From NCBI GenBank assembly GCA_965217865.1, contig CBDCJO010000002.1:2464001-2528000 (forward strand): a DNA stretch of 64,000 bases. The letters are read 5' to 3'. The notes under the pieces are model-generated. The model was given only the letters and a program-made list of their open reading frames with translations, had not been told where the DNA came from and did not search any database. Source of the stretch: Candidatus Latescibacterota bacterium. Lineage in GTDB: Bacteria; Latescibacterota; UBA2968; SICM01. Every line of letters starts with the position of its first letter. Position 1 is the stretch's first letter. Both the position numbers and the translations under genes were made by a program. Below are positions 21,890-31,088 of this stretch, in pieces.

Positions 21890-22901
21890 CTACTCATGGG
21901 TTTTATCCTGGTTATAATGACTGAAAAATACGCAGTCAGAACAACTCTTAAAAGGTGCAGCTTGATGACCTATATATCTCCTGTGATGGCGCTTATATAT
22001 CTCGAGTATATTCTCTCTGTATATGTTACCTATCACACGATCATCAGTTTTTCCACAACAAGGATACACTGTTCCGTCCTCTTTAATATGAGGATTGTAC
22101 AGCATATACCGACAGTGAGCTCGATCTTTGTACTGAGGACCAGTTTTCCCTTGTGCCCATTTTTTAAGCTGTACTTCTAACGTTTCAATTTCATTAGGTA
22201 CAGGCAAAAACTTAACTCTCGATACGCTCATATATATATTGTAATTCCGGATAATAAGCCCTATATAAATACTCTAGGAAATCACTGGGAGGTAATAATT
22301 GGGCTAAAGGATATCGATCTGGTAGAAGACTCTTTTCCAATAATTGTATTTTAACATAAATATTTTCACCATAATCTAAAATACGGTGAATCTCATCTAA
22401 TTTCTGGCTTCGCAATGGTTCAATTACAACTGTAACTACAATTTTTAAATTTGTATTACCAAATATATCCAATAGCGATATTACTCGTGTGAAATCGCCT
22501 TTTATACCTCGGATTATATCATGCTGATTTGGATCTAGGGAATCAATCGATAGAGCTAATTCAGATAGGCCTTTGTCACAATATCGATGCAATCTATCTC
22601 TCGAAAGAAGTGTAGCATTTGCTGATAGTTTTGTCGGAAGGTTTTTAGATAGAGTGTACAGCATAATATTGTCAAAGTTAGGGTGGAGCATTGGATTTCC
22701 ACCTGATATGTGTATTTTCTGTAACCCTATTGATATACAATTTTCCACTACAGTCTCTACCACTTCCTTCTTAAGGCGAGTACCACCGACAATAGGGCCC
22801 CTATAACAGTATCCACATTTCCCTTCACAGCTATCAGTAATGCTAAACTTCACTTTTTCGAATTTAAAGTCCATGATTCCATCCTGGCAAAACATTATCA
22901 A
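21890..22901 (-). pseudogene. Radical SAM protein with SPASM/twitch domain, frameshifted at ~22220-22240
   Basis: CEGKCGYC, ISGGNP, SIDSLDPNQHDIIRG; second ORF C...IKEDGTVYPCC...IGNIY...CSDC; strongly AT-rich. Confidence 0.85.
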
Positions 22902-22912
22902 ACCAGCGCCTA

Positions 22913-24401
22913 GTTGTCTTTCCTTGTGGTTTGGTCCTATGATATATCAGGTTCAAACTGAGAAGGGAGGACGAGCAAATGGCAATGGGAAAACGAGGCC
23001 GACAGAGACAGGAAAACCTGTTCATCGCATCGAACACTTTGGTGAAATCTCCGGGTCATCCGTTCTACGAGAAGCTGAATCAGGTATTGGGGGCGAACGG
23101 CTTCGACGAGTTCGTCGAGGGGCTTTGCCAGCGGTATTACGCTCCTCATATGGGTCGCAAGGGCATTCCGCCCGGGGTTTATTTTCGGATGCTTTTGATT
23201 GGGTATTTCGAGGGACTTGATTCGGAACGTGGGATCGAATGGCGTGTATCTGACTCGCTGACGTTGCGCCGGTTTTTGGGGTATGCCCTTGACGAACAGA
23301 CCCCGGATCATTCCAGCCTGTCTCGCATCCGGCATCGGCTTCCCTTGGAAGTTCACGAAGCGGTTTTCAAGTGGATCCTGAGGGTCTTGTGCAAAGCGGG
23401 TCTGGTGAAGGGGAAGACGTTGGGCGTGGATGCTACGACACTGGAGGCCAACGCCGCGATGCGCAGCATTGTACGCCGTGACACGGGTGAAGGCTACCAG
23501 GCATTCCTTGAGAATCTGGCCAAGGCCTCGGGCATTGAAACGCCTACCCGCGAGGACTTGTCCAAGATCGATAAGAAGCGACCGAAGAAGGGATCGAACC
23601 AGGACTGGGAGCACCCGCACGACCCGGATGCCAAGATCGCTAAGATGAAGGACGGTCGCACGCACATGGCGCACAAGGTGGAGCACGCGGTGGATCTGGA
23701 CACCAATGCCATTGTGGCAGTGGCGTTGTCGGGAGCAGATGAAGGAGATACCGAGTCGTTGCCCTGGACGCTGCTCGAGGCGCAGCTCAATCTCAAGCAG
23801 GTCGCGAAGGACGAAAAAGCTGCCAAACGTTTGCACAGACAGCGTATACGGGAGGTGGTTGCGGACAAAGGATATCATAGCAACGATGTATTGACCAGTC
23901 TGAAGCAAGGCGGCATCCGGAGTTACATTTCAGAACCGGATCGGGGACGCCGCAAGTGGAACGGCCGACGAGATGAGCAGGCCGCGGTATATGCGAATCG
24001 ACGCCGGATCAAGGGAGATCGCGGCAAGGCCTTGCGCCGAAGTCGTGCAGAACGGGTGGAAAGAACCATCGCTCACACATATGATACCGGTGGCATGCGC
24101 AGGTTGCACTTGAGAGACCGCGGCAATATCCTCAAGCGTTTGCTGATCCACATCGGGGGCTGCAACCTGGCTCTGCTCATGCGCAAAGTGATGGGCGTAG
24201 GTACTCCGAAGGCCCTCCAGGACCTGGCCAAGGCCTTGCAGCGTCTACTGCTCGTCCTACAATCACGTTTGCTGCCCTCGGTTACCTTTTTAACCTCTTA
24301 TCAGCGTCTCCTGCTCAATCTCCTTACCTTGATTTATCTGACCCGCACTCCAGGCGTCTTTTCCGTTTATGTGCGTTGAAAGGTAGTTCTTCAACGGGCT
24401 G
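22913..24401 (+). mobile_element. IS1182/IS5-type element, copy 3, left TIR missing (transposase 22979-24379)
   Basis: Homology begins about 35 bp inside the left end; right TIR is followed by CTAG. Confidence 0.93.
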
Positions 24402-24408
24402 CTAGGAG

Positions 24409-25440
24409 GTGAACTTGAAAAAAGTGGGCTTCATATCTGCGATTGGGCTTGGTGTGATCCTATCCTGCGGTGGGAGTGCGGACCGGGAACAGGATCAGTT
24501 CAGGGTGGTCATGGTCACGGATGTCGGCGGGGTGGGGGACAAGGGGTTCAATGATTCCGGGTGGGCGGGGATCCAGCGGGCCGTGAAGGAATTGGGGGTG
24601 AAAGCGGATATGATCCAGTCACGGGAACAGGCGGACTACGCCCAGAATTTGAGCCTTGCCGCACGGAATGCCGAGGTGGTTGTCGCGATGGGTTTCCTGA
24701 TGATCGATGCGGTTAAGAAGGCTGCGCCACTCCAACCGGAAACCAAGTTTGTATTTGTGGATGGGGCGATCGATGCCCCCAATGTTGTGAGCTACGACTT
24801 CAAGGCCCAGGAGGGGGCCTTTCTCGCAGGATTGCTGGCTGGGGCTGTAACAAAGACAGGGATTGTGGGGGCGGTTCTGGGTATGGAAATTCCGCCGGTG
24901 AGGGCGTATGAGTCAGGGTTTCGGGCGGGGATTTCGACTTTTTCCCGACAAAGGGGAAAGAAGGTGGGTTATATCGCGGTCACGGCAGGAGATTTCAACG
25001 ACCCGGTAAAGGGGAAATTCCTTGCCCGAGCGTTGATGGCCAAAGGGGCAGATGTGATTCTCCAGCTTTCCGGAAACACGGGCGTGGGTGTGCTCGAGGC
25101 GGTCAAGGAGGCCTCCGCGGAGACCTATGCCATTGGAGCGGATATCGATCAGGACGACCTTGTTCCGGGCCGGGTACTGGTGAGTGTGTTGAAACGGATT
25201 GACCAGGTGGTGTTCGATGCCATCCAAACTGCAAAAGATGGGGGATTTCAGGCCGGCCATCGTTGGGTCGGTATCGCAGAAGGGGCGTCCGGCCTTTCCG
25301 AGATGAGGCATACCAAGAATCTGGTCCCCTCGGACGCTCTCGTGATGGCACGGAAGGCGGAGTCCCTGATCCGCGGAGGTGGTTTGACGATCCCCTCGCG
25401 GATAGAGGATCTGGGTGCGTTTCTCGCCCCGAAGTTATAG
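24409..25440 (+). CDS. BMP-family (PnrA-like) ABC substrate-binding lipoprotein
   Basis: Lipobox ILSC; VTDVGGVGDKGFND; AIGADIDQD; SVLKRID. Confidence 0.92.
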   Translation: MNLKKVGFISAIGLGVILSCGGSADREQDQFRVVMVTDVGGVGDKGFNDSGWAGIQRAVKELGVKADMIQSREQADYAQNLSLAARNAEVVVAMGFLMIDAVKKAAPLQPETKFVFVDGAIDAPNVVSYDFKAQEGAFLAGLLAGAVTKTGIVGAVLGMEIPPVRAYESGFRAGISTFSRQRGKKVGYIAVTAGDFNDPVKGKFLARALMAKGADVILQLSGNTGVGVLEAVKEASAETYAIGADIDQDDLVPGRVLVSVLKRIDQVVFDAIQTAKDGGFQAGHRWVGIAEGASGLSEMRHTKNLVPSDALVMARKAESLIRGGGLTIPSRIEDLGAFLAPKL

Positions 25441-25517
25441 GGGGAATCGGTTCGGTATTCGGGGACCGAATATCGTGTGAACTTGTGAAATGACAGGATA
25501 TTGCGTATCTTGAACCC

Positions 25518-26429
25518 GTGAAAGAAAAGATGAAAACCAACGGTCTCGAAATGGTCCGGTCTGCACAGGCCCATCATCCCCGGATCTATCAAGCCAACCG
25601 ATATGTCTATCCCGTGCTTTCCCGTCGATCGAGGGGCATTTCGGTGGGGATCAACCTGAACCCGGATAAGGTCTGTAATTTCGACTGCATCTACTGTCAG
25701 GTGGATCGCACGACGCCGCCGATTTTCAGGGAGGTGGATCTCGAACGGCTGGTGGAGGAGGCCAGACAGGTGCTGACCTCCGCAATCGAGGGGAATCTTT
25801 ATGAGGTTCCGCCGTTCGCGGGACTTCCGGATGAGCTTAGACGCGTTAACGACATCGCCTTCTCCGGAGATGGCGAACCGACTTCTTACCCCGAGTTCCG
25901 AGAGGCCGTCGAGCGAATCATTGCGGTGAGAGAGGAGCTCGGCCTGCAGGCGGTTAAGCTCCTCGTGATCACCAACGCCACGCTGTTTCACAGGCCTTAT
26001 GTCCGGGAGGGCCTGGCCCTGATGGACCGGAACAACGGCGAGATATGGGCGAAGCTGGATGCCGGGTCGGAGGCGTATTATCATCTGATAGAACGAACAA
26101 CAATCAAGTTCGAACGGGTGGTTCGCAACCTGATCGAAGCGGCACAGGTGCGACCGCTTGTGGTACAAAGCCTGTTCATGCGGGTCCACGGTAATTGCCC
26201 CGATGATGCGGAGATCGAAGCCTTTTGCGGTGTACTCCAGCGTATCCTGGACGCGGGCGGGGGCCTCAAGCTTATCCAGGTGTACACGATTGCCCGTCCG
26301 CCCGCAGAAAGCTGGGTGACCCCCTTAAGCGACCGGGAGGTGGACCATATCGGAGACTGTGTGCACGACGCTGTCCCTGTTCCGGTGGAGACTTTTTATG
26401 GGACCGAGGGGGAGGAAAATGGAAAGTGA
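25518..26429 (+). CDS. Radical SAM protein (TYW1-like uncharacterised family)
   Basis: VYPVLSRRSRGISVGINL, CNFDCIYC, FSGDGEPT, KLDAG. Confidence 0.9.
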   Translation: MKEKMKTNGLEMVRSAQAHHPRIYQANRYVYPVLSRRSRGISVGINLNPDKVCNFDCIYCQVDRTTPPIFREVDLERLVEEARQVLTSAIEGNLYEVPPFAGLPDELRRVNDIAFSGDGEPTSYPEFREAVERIIAVREELGLQAVKLLVITNATLFHRPYVREGLALMDRNNGEIWAKLDAGSEAYYHLIERTTIKFERVVRNLIEAAQVRPLVVQSLFMRVHGNCPDDAEIEAFCGVLQRILDAGGGLKLIQVYTIARPPAESWVTPLSDREVDHIGDCVHDAVPVPVETFYGTEGEENGK

Positions 26430-26494
26430 AAAATGGAAAATGTAAATTTAAGTGGCAAAAGCACTGGCCAAGGATCCTGAAAACAATCTGATAG

Positions 26495-27493
26495 TTAATC
26501 TTTCAGGTTTACAATGACTCTTCCCTTCAGCCTGCCTTCGAGGATCTGATCTATTTTCGGACTCAGGTCCTCGAGGGTGGTTTCGACGCACAGGGTATCG
26601 AGCTGGTCAAGTTTCCATTCTCGGGCGATTCTTTCCCAAGTTTTTATCCGGATATCCATCGGGCATTCTGCAGAATTGATTCCGGCAAGGGTCACGCCTC
26701 TCAAAATATAAGGAAATACCGTCATCTTCAACTCGTGGGATGCGACCATCCCACAACAGGTCACCACGCCTCCGCTTTTGGTGGACTTGATGGCCGTTAC
26801 CAGGATACTGCCGCCCACGGTGTCCACGACGCCTGCCCATCTTTCGGGGTAAAGGGGTTTTTCCGAGGTCAGGTCCATTGTCTCTCTGGAGATCACTTCT
26901 TTGGCCCCAAGATCGAGAAGAAAATTTTTTTCAGCCAATTTTCCGGTCGCGGCCACGACACGATAACCCATCTTCGAAAGGATTCCAACGGCGATACTGC
27001 CCACCCCCCCGGTTGCGCCGGTGACCAGGATGTCTCCCTGGTCCGGCTTTACGGCGGTTTCTATCTTTGATACGGAAAGTGCGGATGTGAAACCCGCGGT
27101 GCCGTAGATCATGCTCTCTTTGGAGTCGATCTTCTCAGGACGCTTCATCGCCCACGAGGCCGGAACTCGGATGTATTGTCCGAAACCGCCCGATGTGTTC
27201 ATCCCCAGGTCGTAGCCGGTCACAATGACCTCGTCTCCCTGAGAAAAAGGTCCCGCGGCCGCTTCGACGACCACCCCCGCTGCATCGATTCCGGGTGTAT
27301 GAGGGTAGCGCCTCGTCACCCCCCGATGGCCCGTGGCGGAAAGGGCATCTTTGTAGTTCAGGGATGAGTATTCAACCCGAACCAACAGATCTCCGGAGGG
27401 GAGATCGTCGAAATTCTTCTGTGAGATTTCTCTTTTGAAGCCTTGACCGGAGATTTCCCGAACGATCATCGCCTTGAAGGTCTCCGCGCCCAT
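26495..27493 (-). CDS. yhdH: YhdH/YhfP-family quinone oxidoreductase (acryloyl-CoA reductase-like)
   Basis: YSSLNYKDAL, PGIDAAG, GTAGFT, VTGATGGVGS, LRGVTLAGI. Confidence 0.92.
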   Translation of the reverse strand: MGAETFKAMIVREISGQGFKREISQKNFDDLPSGDLLVRVEYSSLNYKDALSATGHRGVTRRYPHTPGIDAAGVVVEAAAGPFSQGDEVIVTGYDLGMNTSGGFGQYIRVPASWAMKRPEKIDSKESMIYGTAGFTSALSVSKIETAVKPDQGDILVTGATGGVGSIAVGILSKMGYRVVAATGKLAEKNFLLDLGAKEVISRETMDLTSEKPLYPERWAGVVDTVGGSILVTAIKSTKSGGVVTCCGMVASHELKMTVFPYILRGVTLAGINSAECPMDIRIKTWERIAREWKLDQLDTLCVETTLEDLSPKIDQILEGRLKGRVIVNLKD

Positions 27494-27525
27494 GATGACC
27501 GACTCCTTATCTGAATGGACAAATC

Positions 27526-28155
27526 TTGAAATTACAAATCGCTCTGGATCTGATTGATCTGCCGGAGGCTTTAGCTCTGGTGGCTAAGGTGGCTGACATC
27601 GTGGATGTCATCGAGGTGGGAACGCCACTCGTGATCAAGGAAGGGATCAAGGCCGTTACCGAAATCAAACGGATTTTCCCTGCCCTCGAGGTCCTCGCGG
27701 ATTTAAAAATCATGGATGCAGGAGACCACGAAGCCAAGATTGCGCTTGAGGCCGGTGCGGACATCGTCACGGTCCTGGGCGTTGCCCACGACGCCACGAT
27801 CCAAGGGGCCCTTGATCAAGCCGGGGCTTTCGGCAAAGCGGTCCTTGCGGACTTGATCGCCGTTGACCGCGTTGCGAAACGGGCGCAAGAGCTCGACGAC
27901 ATGGGGGTGGATCTCGTGTGCGTGCATACGGCTTACGATGTTCAGGACACGGGTGCCGACCCGGTTCGGGAATTGGAATCGGTTCGGCCGGTCCTGAAGC
28001 GGGCCGGGCTCGCGGTAGCCGGGGGAATCAAACCGGAGACGATCTCGCAGGTTGCCGCGTTTCAACCGGAGATCGTGATCGTGGGCGGATTCATCATGGG
28101 CCACCCGGATCCACGGAAGGCGGTCCTCGAGCTCAGGGGGAATCTCGCGGGGTGA
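27526..28155 (+). CDS. hxlA: 3-hexulose-6-phosphate synthase
   Basis: KLQIALD, EVGTPL, ADLKIMDAG, CVHTAYDVQ, AVAGGI. Confidence 0.93.
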   Translation: MKLQIALDLIDLPEALALVAKVADIVDVIEVGTPLVIKEGIKAVTEIKRIFPALEVLADLKIMDAGDHEAKIALEAGADIVTVLGVAHDATIQGALDQAGAFGKAVLADLIAVDRVAKRAQELDDMGVDLVCVHTAYDVQDTGADPVRELESVRPVLKRAGLAVAGGIKPETISQVAAFQPEIVIVGGFIMGHPDPRKAVLELRGNLAG

Positions 28156-28185
28156 TAAGACACGGACAATCGAAGGAGAGAGGCT

Positions 28186-28745
28186 GTGGCTATTCAGACT
28201 TATCTCGACCAGATCGTTGAGGAATTGCGCACCACCCTGGCACACGTCTCCAACGAGCAGGGAGAGAAACTCGTTGATGCGATCATCGAAGCGCGAGCTG
28301 TGTTTGCGGCGGGAGCAGGACGATCGGGTCTGGCGGTGAGAGGATTCGCCATGCGTCTGATGCATCTGGGATTCAAGGTCTATGTGGTGGGGGATACGAC
28401 AACCCCCTCGATCACGGGTGAAGACCTGCTCCTGATCGGCTCGGGTTCGGGCTCCACCGGGAGCCTCGGCGTGAGCGCGAAAAAGGCCAGGGGGATCGGT
28501 GCAAAGATCGGACTGGTCACGATCCAGGAGGACTCAGAAATCGGCAAACTGGCGGATATTGTCCTGACCATACCCGCGCCCTCACCCAAATTGGCGGGTG
28601 GCCAGGTCTCACTATCCCAGCAACCCCTTGGATCACTTTTTGAACAGGGCCTCTTATTGACCCTGGATGCGATCATCCGATTGTTGATGGTGAAGAAACG
28701 GGTCGAGGGAGCGCCATGTTTGCCAGGCACGCCAATCTCGAATAA
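28186..28745 (+). CDS. hxlB: 6-phospho-3-hexuloisomerase; 1-nt frameshift near the 3' end
   Basis: AGAGRSG, FAMRLMHLG, SGSGST, PLGSLFEQ; canonical end MFARHANLE* lies in a shifted frame. Confidence 0.9.
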
Positions 28746-28765
28746 AGTCCTCGTTGAGATCACGT

Positions 28766-29392
28766 TCAATTCAAATCGAGGATCCTGCCGCCCTGGATGA
28801 CCACAGGCATCCCGTCATTTCCGTAATTCACAAGGACGCCTGAGTAGGATAGATGATCCCCGACCCTAAGCTCTGAGAGTCGTTCGTTTTCCTGGGGGTG
28901 AGGGTAGAGGGTTACGTCCGGAGAAAAGGGCAGGGAACTCGTACCGTGGTGGAGGGAGATGTGGGCTTCAGGGTCCAGGGACGCATTTATATAAACGATC
29001 GTACCTTCCCACCGAACGTGTTTCATTTTGTAGCGCTCAAACTCCAGGTACTTTTCGTCGGGGGTCAATTCGCTTTTAGGGCCGAAGGTCTTCTCGAAGG
29101 CTTCCGGTGTCACCGAAATGAACTGGCCCGATTTGAGCGGGTCCCTGTTGCCGGCTTTGGAGATGAGTACCACGGCTATTCCGATCAGCAGGAGGGCACC
29201 TATTCCCCGAATCATCCGGGACCTCCCGGAGAGGCCATGGGCGCTGGGGAGCCTCCGTGGAGGGTAAGGGGTCGTGGCTGCGCCGGGGGGGGCAATCCCT
29301 CTGAGGTGTTTGCTCAGGTAGTTACCGCAGTGGGGGCACTTGACAGTGTCTCGTTTCACGTGCAGGGCGCATATGGGACAGGGTTTCATCAT
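28766..29392 (-). CDS. Zinc-ribbon plus single TM plus OB-fold-like hypothetical protein
   Basis: CPIC...CPHC, hydrophobic helix, VRWEGTI...LRVGDHLSYSGVL. Confidence 0.65.
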   Translation of the reverse strand: MMKPCPICALHVKRDTVKCPHCGNYLSKHLRGIAPPGAATTPYPPRRLPSAHGLSGRSRMIRGIGALLLIGIAVVLISKAGNRDPLKSGQFISVTPEAFEKTFGPKSELTPDEKYLEFERYKMKHVRWEGTIVYINASLDPEAHISLHHGTSSLPFSPDVTLYPHPQENERLSELRVGDHLSYSGVLVNYGNDGMPVVIQGGRILDLN

Positions 29393-29773
29393 GCCTAAAA
29401 TATAGTGTGCAATCGGAGATGGGGCAACATGGTTATATTCTTGGGTTATATTTATGATTATACTCATATAAATACAAATAGGCGCCCGAGATCGATATAA
29501 TCGTCTCGCTCGATTCATACCGCCATCCACGGTGTGACGATTCAGTCCTGTAGTGAGACCACGATGCCCCATTTTTTCGGCAAGCGCTATTTCCTTTTGG
29601 ATATATTTATATGTAACTTGGTGTATATTTTAGCTGGTATATCGATTAAAGGATCAGGAGCTTCCCTGGCACACACCTTGCAAAAGAACCTTTAGCCGTG
29701 GCGGGTTGTCCGGGCATCGTGTTCGGGGTTTCGTTCTGATGACACGGCAACCGTGGATTAAGGACCCGAAGCT

Positions 29774-30994
29774 GTGATGCAGATTCGATTCAGAGGTTGG
29801 TTTGTCCGTGCGTTTTTGTTAACGCTTGCCTGCGCAGGCTCCCTGGCGGGGGGATGCGGGGGAAATGGAGAGGATGGGGGAAAAGCCGAGACCTCCGCAG
29901 AGGCCGACACGACAAGAGCGGACACGACTAAGACCGATACCAGCGAAACAGATTCAACGAAGACTGATGCGGAGGAGGGAGAAAAACCGGAAGAAGGGGT
30001 TCCTGTGAAAGTGGTGGTGGTCGACACAGGTTCGATATCCTCCTACCTCCTGTTCAGTTCAACGGTTGAATCCGAGGAGACCGTGGACGTCTATCCTCAG
30101 GTGTCCGGTATGGTGAGGCGTGTCGAAGTGGAGGAAGGGGAGCACGTGAAGGCCGGGGAGACGATCGTTCGTTTGGAGGACGATGAAGCAAAGTTGACGG
30201 TCGCCGACGCGGATGCCCGTTTCCGGAAGCTTCAAGCGGATTTCAAGCGGACAACCGAAATGCACGACAGAAAGCTGATCAGCGACCAGGAATACGAGAC
30301 AAAACGCTTCGAATTGAAGGAGGGGGAGATCGGTTTGCAACGGGCAAGGCTCGCCCTCGCGCACACAGCGGTCAAGTCTCCCATCACGGCTGTGGTTGCG
30401 GATCGATTGGTGCGGCTGGGCGATCGGGTCTCTCCGAGTAAGAAACTCTGTTCCGTCGTCGATATGCACAACTTGATCGTGAAGGTCTTCGTTCCCGGGC
30501 GGGAGGCCCAGTTCACGGCCGTTGGCCAGAAGGCGGTCCTTGAGTCGAACTTTCTTCCCGGTCAGAAATTCCAGGGGGGGATCAAGCGGATCAGCCCCGT
30601 GGTGGACCCCAGCAGTGGAACCTTTAAAGTCACCGTGGGGGTATCGGGCGGTGATGGGCAACTGAAACCCGGGATGTTCGTGACGGCTCTTGTCATCACG
30701 GATACCCACGAAGAGGCGGTGCTGGTCCCTAAACGAGCGATCGTGTACGAGGAGGGACTCCCCTATGTGTTTGTTGCCCGGGATTCGATTGCGGATCGGG
30801 TGAGGCTGGACGTGGGATATTCCGACGCCGACAGGATGGAGGTCCGGTCCGGGCTCGCACTGGGGGACAGCATCGTGATCGTGGGACAAACCGGTTTAAA
30901 AGATAAGGCCCGCAGCCGGGTGATTTCCGGAGAGGGGTTGGTGATCCCCGCGGAACCGGACAGCACCGAAGCCGACAGCACTAAAGAATCGTGA
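29774..30994 (+). CDS. RND efflux periplasmic adaptor (MFP) lipoprotein
   Basis: LAGGC lipobox; VEEGEHVKAG, VKSPI, ISPVVDPSSGTFKV, LKPGMF. Confidence 0.93.
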   Translation: MMQIRFRGWFVRAFLLTLACAGSLAGGCGGNGEDGGKAETSAEADTTRADTTKTDTSETDSTKTDAEEGEKPEEGVPVKVVVVDTGSISSYLLFSSTVESEETVDVYPQVSGMVRRVEVEEGEHVKAGETIVRLEDDEAKLTVADADARFRKLQADFKRTTEMHDRKLISDQEYETKRFELKEGEIGLQRARLALAHTAVKSPITAVVADRLVRLGDRVSPSKKLCSVVDMHNLIVKVFVPGREAQFTAVGQKAVLESNFLPGQKFQGGIKRISPVVDPSSGTFKVTVGVSGGDGQLKPGMFVTALVITDTHEEAVLVPKRAIVYEEGLPYVFVARDSIADRVRLDVGYSDADRMEVRSGLALGDSIVIVGQTGLKDKARSRVISGEGLVIPAEPDSTEADSTKES

Positions 30995-31088
30995 ATCGGG
31001 TAAAGATCATCTCCCGTCTTACCTTCCTTTTCCTTCCCTTACACTTCCACGTGCATCCAATCCAGTAATCACATTCCATAATTTTGGT

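Noticed and set aside
29890-29980. DTT/DST repeats in the MFP N-terminus as a repeat element
   Set aside because: Ordinary low-complexity lipoprotein linker.
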